A stretch of 50,279 nt of DNA, the filler included, from Jimgerdemannia flammicorona (lineage: Eukaryota), in NCBI GenBank assembly GCA_003990765.1. It is 2 parts of 2 records of this genome, joined end to end, with 100 filler letters (N's around TTAATTAATTAA, not from the genome) between each part and the next. Parts side by side here need not be neighbours in the genome. Positions count along the whole stretch, not along the records: positions 25,197 to 50,279 come from RBNJ01000885.1; 1 more part is not named here. The stretch is one strand, 5' to 3'. Both the position numbers and the translations under genes were made by a program. The notes under the pieces were generated by a model. The model had not been told where the DNA came from. It made no database searches and was given only the letters and a program-made list of their open reading frames with translations. This document shows positions 25,684-37,147 of the stretch, in pieces (the stretch's first letter is position 1; each line of letters begins with the position of its first letter).

Positions 25684-26276
25684 ATCTTTATGACCTAGTC
25701 TATAATAGCCTATATAGAATATACTATCTGATATCTTGTTTATTTTATAATATTATTAAATAATATTTGATGTCAGATTTTGCTACTATAGTATATAGCT
25801 ATAGTTTGGACTTTATCTCTATAATGAGAATCAGTCCACTAAGACCTATATAGAATATATATAATTATATGTAGTAGTATAGGATTTGAGAATTATAGAC
25901 TAGTATTTATAATATTATACTACTATTTGGATCTATTTCTTTACCACTATGATATAGAGCTAGTCCATGACAATCTGTATATATCACTTTATATAACCCA
26001 AGACTATAATAGGATAGAGCTTTATAACTATGGCCTAGCTTTGCTTCCATAATAAGGATCAGCCCACTAAGACCTATATAGGACATATATAACTGCAGTA
26101 GTGCAGAATTTATAGACTATGGGCTAGCATTTGTCTCTACTTATATAGAGCTCTCAAGTATAGATATATCTCATATAGGTCCTTTTACTATGAGGTAAGT
26201 ATAATTTCTTTAGACCAGATTCTTCAAACTGACTAATGTAAAGCATTTGAGTCTGAAATATTTCATATATATATAT

Positions 26277-27790
26277 TGTAACGGTGACCCCAGAATGATG
26301 ACATCAGCACAGGAGACAGCCTTTCCTTACAAGCCACCAGATCGGAGTATAAGAAGATCATACAACATACGAGATGAGCAACGATGACCAACTGTGAGTT
26401 ATTGTGACCACAGCACAAGCATCCTGAAGAATATAAAAGAAGGATCAAGGAACTGCAGTAGCAGCAACCAATAAGAACCACTAATCCCAAAATAGCTCAA
26501 AGACTTACCATAAACAAAATACCTGCTGCCCGCCAAACCTCAAGGTCAAGGAATCATCAAGGTATCTCGATCGAGGAAAGGATGTTCCAAGACATCAGAA
26601 GAGCCATGAGGACCCACTCAAGAAGGACTCCTAGTGTCAACCTGGGTACTGCAGACCCTTATCACTTTATCCTCTATCGTCGTGAAATGGAAACAAGAAT
26701 CACCATTGCCACCGAATGCCTCCAAATGTGGCAGGAGTATGAAATAGGAAACCTCCTCTGCTGGGAGTTCCCACAGGGCAGCCCTCAAGAGCTATAAGAT
26801 GCCACCCCCATGGACCTACATGAGACAAGGATAGCAAAGAAGATCCATCAGATCTTCAGGCATGCACTATGGTCAATCCCCAACTTGGAGTATGTTAGAG
26901 TCTCAGACTTCAGAGACCTGTCATCCTGCTGCATCAATGCACTAGAAGCCAGGGTAGCCACAGAAGCCCAGTCCACTATCACCCTCAACAGCAAAGAAGT
27001 AGAAGACTTCTGGCATCCTATCCTTCAGGACAACCCAGACCAATTTCTGCAAGGATTGATCTCAGTATTCCAAGGCCCAAGCATCTGGGTTAGATCCCCC
27101 CAAGACCCCACATTTGTCCCCTATTTTGTGGAAGAGAACCTCATAGACTGGAGAGCTCCAGACCTTGTTCCCGATTTCCCCGCCACAGCCGAATGTGATG
27201 ACGTCATCGATGACGTCATCCCACACGATATACCCGAAGCACATGAACCGCGCGACGAGGCATGCGAAGTATGTGAAATGCGTGACCTACATGACGAATT
27301 CGTGGACCTCATCTCCTTCAGTGATGATGATGATGATGATGATGAAGCTCCCATGATCCTGAACTTTCTGCTCTAAAGTTCTTTGTTACACTGGATAATG
27401 CCAGCACCGGTATTCTCATGTAACACTGGATAATGCCAGCACCGGTATTTTGATGTAGTACTAAATAATGCCAGCCCTGGAACTCAGTAGTTTTAGTTAT
27501 TGGAATTTATATTTAGCTTCATATCTTAGCAACCATTGAATTATATTTTGTATAAATACCTCTCTTATTTCCTCTGAAATAAAGTCAGTCAAGTTCAGTA
27601 CAATACACACACTTCCTTGCAAGAAATCTAAGAGATAACAAGACAGTTAAAGATAAGAAGTTTGAGGACTATAAGACCTTGGGAAGGCACTCCAATAAGA
27701 ACTTGCTTATAACAAACTTGAGTTAGTCTAAGAGATACACCTTGAAGAGAATCTGGCATATTTGAAGGACTCAGTGACCACTATATGACA
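26277..27790 (+). mobile_element. Probable 1.5-kb solo LTR (family E) carrying an ORF in U3
   Basis: TGTAAC...TGACA ends within an (AT)n tract, three ~34-bp repeats at 27384-27480, TATAAA ~27551, AATAAA ~27578. Confidence 0.75.
26384..27376 (+). pseudogene. ~330-aa unknown protein with acidic tail (LTR-retrotransposon accessory ORF family)
   Basis: ORFs 26582-26797 and 26810-27376 and the upstream ATG at 26384 share one frame. Stops at 26405, 26459 and 26795 are all revertible C->T. Confidence 0.75.
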
Positions 27791-30233
27791 ATATATATAT
27801 CTAAAATATATATATAATAATTTATATATAATAATTTACTCATCTAATCTATTATTATCTATAACTTAGTATTCATTGTTTGGTATTTATAGTCTGTATT
27901 TACAGATAGCTATTTGTAGTAGGTGAGTTAGTAAAGGAGTAGAACAGGAATTTAATAGATCATGTCAGATTATGTCACACTCAGATTATATAATACTCAG
28001 ATTATTTAAGATTATTTCACACTCAGATCATATAATTTCAAATTTAAGCTTTAGTTAGTTTTCATATCTTTGGGATAATAAAAGAGGAGATATATATTAT
28101 CAATTGAATATTATATATCAAGAGCTGTCTTGTACAAAAAAAAACTCATAGCTAATAACTAGAATACTTCAAATTAAATAATAATACATTAGTAGTAATA
28201 TAGTATACTTATATTATATATCATTGACAGAATTTATAAAGAAAGATTGATGAGATATCTCTCAGTTATTGATAGCTTCAATAAGAGTTTGATAAAAGAA
28301 GTGTTATCTCTAGAATATATTACCTTCAGTTGATTGAATATTACAAAGAATTGATAATAAGAAAGCTGAGATAAGAAAGCAGAAAGGCTAGAAACAGGAG
28401 AGCAGAAAGGCTGGGGAAAGGAGAGCAGGAGGCTGAGGACAGCTGAGTATTTTGTATAGTTTTACAAGAAAGTTTGACAAGAGAGTTAGAGTTGGAAAAT
28501 TTATTCTCAAGGGTAGATTTGTAAAGAAGAGAGGTGAGAGTTTGAAAGAGAGAAGAGTTCCAAAAAGAGAATTGAGAATAATGAAGAGCTTGGAGAGGAC
28601 AAGGAAGAAGAGGGAGGAAAAGAGTAGTAGCTAATGAGTTTATTTATATAGGTGTTCAGAGAGTATATAACATTTAGTAGCTGCATCCTCCTGATATGAG
28701 ACTACTATTCTTGATATATATTATAATATGCAAAAAAATATAGTATAATCTGATAATTAAATACTATAGTTACTATATTGCTATGAAATTGTATCTATAA
28801 AAAACCAGATAGCCAGAAAAGAAAAAAGATAGCTAATGTCTGCCAGATATTAAATATCTACTATATAGTAAATATCTACTATATAGTAGATGTCTACTGA
28901 ATAGTTAATATCTATCTCTAATTAGCAAATCTATAGTGAGCCATATAGCAACCAGATAGCAACTAATCTATATAAAATACCCCAGAGACAAGAATGAATA
29001 AATCTCAGTCTGAAAAGTCAAAGAAAGTAGAGAGCTTTCTTTTCCCCACTCCATTCTACTTTTCAATACAAAGCCTGAGAAATCTGCCAAGTTCAAGTAA
29101 AGAACTTTGCTGTCATTTGAGTAATCTGCTGCTTAAGGAAAAACCCACTGTTTGAAGAAAAATCCACCTATATTCTCAATACAAAGCCAGTCTATTTGAT
29201 ATAACTTTGCAGTGAAGCCAGTCTCTCTTGATATAATAGTATATAAATGAAGTCAGTCTTTGATATAAATTTGCTCAAGAATCTGCACCACTTAAAAGTT
29301 ATCTGCTATATTTTAGTATGCTTACTAGATAAAGCCAGAAGTCCACCAATTCAGGAAGAATCTATATCAATCAAGTTATCCAAGTCACTTACTATTTTGT
29401 AATGCCAGAAATCAATAGCATAATGTTAGAGATTGTTGTGATATACAGAGATCATCATGCTATACAAAAGATTGTCATTCAGAAATCACATAAGAAAACC
29501 CACTCACACTATGTATAAATTGCTACTATACTCAAGAACCATCCCAATAAGAAAATCAACTGTAGTATCCAGATTTGACTATTATACTACTAGATACCAA
29601 TAAGGAATTTTAGAACATTTTGTTGCTTTTTAACAAAGTAACTGTGGACTCAAGCCAAACTACATCAACTCCCAATCTTGTAATTTATCTCTATTGAGCT
29701 GATATATTACATTTAGAAGCTCAACTGGGAAAATTTCAAAATCTATATGACTTTTTAGCTTATAAGAACTCACAGTCAAACTAGATAGATTTGATACAAC
29801 ACCAATCACTGCTATTACAAGAGAACAAATCATCACTAGTATTTAGACAGAAAGAGAAGTAATTATCTCAAAACTTGCCCATTACTCAGTATCAGAAAGA
29901 TCCCAATCAGAAGCCAATATATATAGTACAAAATCCTTAGCCAGTAGTAACAGACTTATCACCAGATCAATCAGACTAATCAGATCAACCAGACAATATA
30001 GATAGCTCTGCTAGAAACTTCAACAAGCTTGTACAAGAACTTGAAGACCTTATTGCAAAGACTCAGTTTTCTTTAGAAGTTCTATAGTCTCTCCCATTGA
30101 ACCACTATTAGGGTCAGTAATCACAGAATAAAAAGAATCAAGAATAGTCCCTTTAAGGTTACCCAGATCCATTGCACCTTTTCTGAGTTTAGCAATACTA
30201 TCCTCAGAATACTCAAGTATCTTAAGTTCCAGC

Positions 30234-30580
30234 TAGTACTCTCAATGAATTAAATCAAATCAAATTTGATCCAAATTTGATTCAATTCAATTAAATCAAA
30301 GGTCTAATTTGATTTGATTCAAATCAAATCAAAGGTCTAATTCAATTCAAGATTTGATTCAAACTCTATTTTTTGAAATATAAATACCTTGACAAAAATA
30401 TATCCAAATTTAATATTCTTTAGTTTGTTAAGTTTGTATGTATTTTTATCAAGTTATTATATTTCTAAAAATAGGGTTTGAATCAGAACCTCAATTCAAT
30501 TTAAATCTAATTTAATTTGAATTTGATTTAATTCAAAATTGAAAATTCTCCAATTTAATTCAATTCATTTATGAGTACTA
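30234..30580. mobile_element. hAT-type MITE (347 bp, fold-back)
   Basis: TIRs tagtactctcaatgaatt / aattcatttatgagtacta, 8-bp TSD gttccagc/attctagc, internal inverted repeat 30356-30412 vs 30428-30484. Confidence 0.88.
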
Positions 30581-33500
30581 ATTCTAGCAATAGTTTAGAA
30601 AGTAAATTAGAATTAGAATTAGAATCAGAATCAGAACTATGATGAAATAGCCACCTTAATACCAATCTTTACAAGATGAAGACCCAAGGTAATTTCTTGA
30701 TAAAATTGAAGGAATTATAGCTCTGAAGAATCTCTCTGCTGAGAGAAAATTTACTATTTATAAGACCCAACTCAGAGAACCAGCCAGGGGAATTTTCAAC
30801 CAAGTAGTAAGTGATGTACATTTAGACCTTAGAATAGCCAACTATATAGCAGCAATCTGAGAAGCAGAATATAAAGCCATGATCCACTGGCTTATTGAGC
30901 AATATATAGAAAATGACACTTATCACAATATCTAAGAATCTATCATAAATATGAAGATGAATCTTGGAGAATTATCTAGAGTATTCTTTACTAGAATTCA
31001 AAAGAGAATATATGTAGCTAGGTTAAATGCTACTAATCAAGACATTATAGGTCCAAAGATCTTTATGAATGGGATTCTTCCAAATATTACTCAGTATATC
31101 CACACTCTAGATATCAGAAGACCTGAAGAAAAGTTGATATAGTCCAAGGATTTTTTGATATCAGACAGAGAACCATCTGGAGTGATCATAATAAAAAGGA
31201 TAATAAGGAGAACTTCTTGATCAAAACCCTGCAAGAACTTCTCCAAGAATATGAAAAATCAGAATAAGGAAAGCTAGCCAAGAAGTAGAAGAAAGAAAGA
31301 AATAAAATCTAAAATCTCAGTTCCAAGTTGAACTAATTGGTTGGAAAAATTAAAAACCTTACTATATATAAAAATCAGAGCTACCTACAAGATAACAGAG
31401 GATATATTCTATAACAAAATCAAGATTACTCACCTAGAGATTATAGAAGCTATCAGTCATTAGAAGAAAAAAGGTACTCTATCTAGGATAGAGCTCAAGT
31501 CTAATACTTCTACTGTAGATAGTTCTGATACTATACCACAGAATATAACAATAGGAGAAGTGACCAAAGGGACTCTGAACTACTGAATTGAAAGAATAAA
31601 ACCCAGTACAAGAAGACTGAAGACCTCTCTGTTGAAGATCTTGAAGAAAAAAGTAACAGTAAACATTATAGTGACCTAGACCTATATTCAGCTAAGTCAT
31701 CACTAGAAAGACAGTCTATCTAGTAGAGAAGAGGAAGAGATCCATAGGAAGACCATCCAGAAATACTAGTAGAAGAATTATTCAGAAAGAAGATAAAGAG
31801 TATGAAGAAGAATAAGTGTAAGTATCTCTCTAGTCTCTCTTATCTTTTATTCCTGAAACAAATGAACTACTTTCAGAGAATAAAGAAATAGAGTAAGAAG
31901 AACAGAAGTCTGTTGCCCCAAAGTCCAAGAAGAAGTATACCCCAAAGATTATATCCAGAGATATTTACAATAAAGTCTGGCAAAAGATTCAAGAAGCTAA
32001 GATGAAAGTCTCTCTCTTGCAGTTTCTATAACTGATATCTACTGGAGTTCAGAACAAACTAATGAGAACTACCAGATCCAGCACTGGCTGAATCCTAATT
32101 TTACAACAAGAACCAGTTTCAACTATTATTTAAACTATAGAAAGATATATCAGCATATATCTGCATAGAGATATTAGAGAATGAAAAGTGAAAATCCTCA
32201 TTTATATAGAAGCAGCTATCTGTATTATTGCTAAATACTAAATACCCTCTAGTAGACCATTGATAGACCATTCAATCTTAGCATAATAGTAGCAGATAGA
32301 GCCCAAACTCAACCTCTTGAAGAAGTATAGAACATTATTATCTCTTTGAGACACATTCAGTTATCTATTCCAAAAGCTATTATCATTAAAGCTATTATCT
32401 ATGATATGATTCTTAGCACCAACTTAATGAAAGAAATGAATACAGGCATTGACATTGGCCAATAGGTGCTCAAATTCTACTGTAGAATAAAGAAGTATAG
32501 AATTAAGATAATCAGCTATGAGAAGTTAAAGAGAAAGAAGAAGATTACTATCTAGGAAGAATATACTAGTAGTGAGGAATTCACTATAGAAGAAGAAGAA
32601 GAATCTGAAGATAAAAATGACCACAGACTCAACCCATGAATCAATCTAGCAGATGATAGGCCAGAAGATAATATATGGGCCAAAGATACTATTTCTATTA
32701 CAATCAGAGTTATTGTAGAATAAATCAAAAGTATCCCACCTATCTCAAAAGATACAAGTGCTCTGAATATTCCTCTAAGGTCATTAGAATAAGAAATTCA
32801 CCTGGTATAGCCTGTCCTGAGTATAGTAGAAGAAAGAAGAAATGCAAACATATTCCAAAGATACCTGCAACTAAAGCTACAGAAGTATAAGCAATTTGGG
32901 GTCAAGAAATATCTGAAGTAGAAACCCCTGAACAAGATATTCCTGAATAAGAGAAACTCTCTGAACTTATTTTCTAGGATTACTCTCACTAGATACTACT
33001 AGAAGATAATGATCCTTAGAATACTAGAGAAGGATTAAGTATAGTCACTGTCATTTAAAGACAGGGAAAAGAGCTTTTTGGCTAAGAAGACATTAGCATC
33101 AAATGGTCTTCTACTCTTCTCAAGATTACTGCAATAAGTACCACCTATTGGACTAATAAGAAAGATAGAAACTATACAGATCAGAGACTCTAATCACAAT
33201 TGCTCAAATTATCACCTTCTAAGAAACTACCATAATATTAAAAAAGTGAGCTAATAGATAAGATCACTTCACTTGAACAGAAGTACAGCTCTTAGTTCCC
33301 TTTTTCTAACTTATGATAGTGATGAATATTGATTTCCAAGACAATAAGAGATTAATAACCAAAAACTGCATTTTTGAGCAATAGAATATTGCAACTATAG
33401 AAAATACCCAGACTGCTAAGATTGCCAACATTAGATCAAGAAACTAAAAAAGAAGACTCTTAAGATCTATAATCTGAGAGAAGACATCCTAGTCCTCATT

Positions 33501-33699
33501 AGATATATAACCTATCAAGAATAGATAGAAGATACTACTAACTTTATAAAAGCCCTATACTTTATAGGAAAAAGAGAAACCAACTACCTCTGAGATCCCT
33601 CTACTAGAGCTAGATGACCACATCTCAACCTTAGAGTCTAGAGACTCATCTCCACTAAAGCCTCAGTCTAAGGATAACCTGAACTCAGTAAAGGTATTG

Positions 33700-34105
33700 T
33701 CCAGTATATCTTGCTATTTCTCAAGGCCAAACTCCCAATTAAAGCTCATCAGGAAGATGAGGGATATAACCTCTACAGTCTAAAAGATAAATATATCAAG
33801 CCTGAAAGAACAATAGTACTTATTACAAGATTAGATATATAGTTACCAGAAAGAATTTACATCTAACTGGCCTCAAGGTCTGAACTCACTAGATAGAAAA
33901 TAACTATAGAAGGAGAAATAATAGACCCTAGATATATAGGCAAAATCAATATCATTTTGAACAATAGTAGTAGAGAATAGTACTGAATCTATAAAGGATA
34001 AAAGATTGTATAAGCAATCTTCATAGAAGTCAAGACTCTCCAGCTATAAGAGGTCTCCAAGTTGATCCAAGATATAAGACAAACTGAAGAATTTAGAAGC
34101 TTTAA
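33700..34105 (+). pseudogene. dut: dUTPase domain of family B (between PR and RT)
   Basis: AKLPIKAHQEDEGYNLYS, LASRSEL, EGEIIDPRYIG, KIV*AIF, EEFRS (decayed GFGS). Confidence 0.85.
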
Positions 34106-36685
34106 TAAGAAAAAAGTGCATCTTCTCCAGATCAACTACTTTAAGAAAAATACCTCTCAGCAAGTATATTACCAACTAGTCAAGCTATACAAAAACCTCA
34201 TTCTGGAACCAGGAGAGCAGACCATCTTTGAAATCTTTACACTACTTAATTCTAGAAACCTTTTCTCTGAACTCAATAATGTCATAAAAACCTATATATA
34301 GAAGTATAGATATTTTCTGACAAGATGAACTCTGATATTCAATTAAAGTTAGAAAAGTCTCATTCTATCAAAAAGAGCCATCATAGGCTACCTGATACTC
34401 TATCTCAACCAAATATATAGAAAAGTTTATGAACTTAACTTATTGAAAAATAGCAAAAGATCTCAGAAGAAAGAAAAGACCTCTCTGTATCTTAGAAGAA
34501 AGTGAAGTCTTCCACCAATATTGGAGAAGAATTGATACTTCAGCTATAACAACAATTAATAGAACTTCTTTATAAATACCAAGATATCTTTACTATAGAC
34601 TATAGTAACTTATCATACAACTCATTATACTACTATAGTATAATACAGAAAATACAACACCCATCTAGCAGAAGCTTTATAGAATACTCTATCATCTAAA
34701 GATATTTAAGAAGAAATATATTTAGAAATTCTTAAACAATAGAGTTATCTGACCCTCTATGAGCCCCTGGGCCAGCTCTATACTTATTGCATCTAAGAAA
34801 GAAGAATAGAGACTCTGTGTAGACTACAGGAAGCTCAACTCAGTCACTGAAAAAGATACTTACCTCTTGCTCAGAATTGATGATCTCTTAGAACAATTGC
34901 AAGATACCAGATACTTCAGCAGTATGGACCTTTTTACAGAATTTCATAAGATCCCCATTGATCTCTAAGACATTCAGAAAACAGCCTTTCTTACTCTAGG
35001 AAAATTGTTTGAATATCTCTAAATACTTTTTGGACTTTGCAATACATCTTCTACCTTTTAAAGAATGATGAACTCATTCTATGGTCTACTGATCTACTAT
35101 TGCCTAATTATATATATAGGTGATTCCAATATCTATTTAGCAAATTTCAAAGAATACTTACATTATCTAGAGAAATTCTTCAAGCTTATCTACAAGAACT
35201 ACCTGAGACTCAATGCTAAGAAATACTACTTTGAGAAACAGAGACTTGAATTTCTTTGATTTATAGTTTTAAAAAAAAGAACTCATACAGACCTAAAGAA
35301 AACTGAGAAGATTAACAATTGGCCAGTAATCAAGACCTTGAAGGAAATACTATCATTTCTGATATTAGTGTTTTACTATAAGAGATTTATTAAGAACTTT
35401 ACCCAAATTGCTATCCTAATCTGAATTCTTCTCAAGAAAGAAGTACCATACAAATGAATGAAACTATATGAACCAGCCTTTAAAGAACTTAAGTACCATA
35501 TGACCACAGTACTAATTCTTATACAACCCAATCTACAGAAGCCATTCATCTTATATATAGATACTTCTAAAGATATATTTGGAGTAGTTCTAGTTTAAGA
35601 AAGATCTTAGCAGTACTATGTGATAGCTTATGTAAGTCAAGCTATCAACCAGCAGTAAGCCAATTATAGTAATACCAAACTAGAATACCTTATAGTTATA
35701 TGGGCAGTTACTTTATTCTAACACTACTTTTTTAGAAAAAGATTTACTCTGATAACTAATGATACTGCTCTAAATTATTATTTGACTACAAGAAACCTAT
35801 CAGAATCCTTGCTCACTAGATCCTTATTCTGTAAGATTACAAAATCACCATCATTTATAAAGTAGAAAAAGCTCACAACAATGTTGATATACTTTTTCAT
35901 CAACCTTAATAAACTATAAGAAGGGTGTACTGAGGAGCTATACTCTAAAGAAAGCTTCTATAGCTATCAAGGTATAAGAAGATCTCATCTAAAAGAAACA
36001 CCAGAAAGCCCACCAAGAATAGATAAATATAGAAGTAAAGTGGTAAACAACATACCAATATTGGCCCAATCTCAGAACAGGAGTCCAAGATATACTTAAG
36101 AAATATAATATCTATCAGGAGTACTAAGAGAAAAAAAACTACCAAGCACCACTACAACCAATCATACTACTAGATAATATCTATGAAAGATGGAAAATAG
36201 ATATTGTAACATAGCAGATACTTAACCTCAGAAGTATATTAGATTTCTGTATCTTGAAAACTTAATCTTCTTTGACTTTGCAGAGTCCTCAGGATGTGGG
36301 AGTGGGTGAGTTTGAAATATATCTACCTGCAGACTTACTAATTCCTTTACTTTCTCTTTGCTTTGAACTATTTCAATCTGAGGTTTATTCACTCTAAGAT
36401 ACTGGGTTATTTATACAGATTTGTTAGCTATAAGACAGCTAAGTTATGATCAAATTATAAGTCACTTTTCACAGATGTTAATCCTTGATATCTGTGAAAT
36501 GATTGATAATATTTGTGAAAACTTTAACATTTGTGAAATGACTGCTATTTGTAGGGCTATACTATATTGGGAATTAGGTTCAGATACTATAATTAAATGT
36601 CTAATTCCCCTAATTCTTATTCCTAATTCAGATCAACCATTATAACTTCCTCTTAAATAGGTGATTTGTCTCTAAAACATTCTAT

Positions 36686-37147
36686 TCACTCAAACTCCCA
36701 GACTTCTATGATTTGTATCTTCTTGTACTGTGCAATTTGTGTCATTATATTCTCCCAATGGTGCCTCTTAATATATCCAAAATCTTCTGAAACTACTCCT
36801 TAGAAATGGGGTAGGGCAGCCTCATTGTCTTTAAACAGCTTATTGACTTGTTTAGCAATTGTAATCTGAGAGTGAGAGAGCTGGCACTCTCTGATCCAAT
36901 CTTCTTTTCCCATTTCTGGGTGTGAATTCAGTAGCTATCCTAACTTGAAGTATTCTTCAAACTCTGTCTGATTCTGGTAGGCCTTGAAGTGTGAGATTTT
37001 TGACAGATGTATCTGTACTATACTTTGGATACTATCATATGATTTCTCTATCATGGGTGGCTCAATAGTACACCATTGTCTTTCTATGGCTTGTTGTACA
37101 GCACTAGTGATCTTGAGAGCTATGGCCATACTTCATTAATTAGCCAT
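36686..37147 (-). pseudogene. Accessory ORF of family C between integrase and PPT
   Basis: ORF 36935-37129 continues in frame through revertible stops: EEYFKLG*LL...IAKQVNKLFKDNEAALPHF*GVVSEDF. Confidence 0.75.

Noticed and set aside
25690..26150. Decayed ~230-bp duplication (cactaagacctatatag at ~25837 and ~26066)
   Set aside because: The similarity is real but too eroded to assign boundaries or origin.
27950..28720. Possible minus-strand LTR remnant (TATA-like tttatatagg at ~28644)
   Set aside because: No partner copy, termini or TSD are identifiable in the window.
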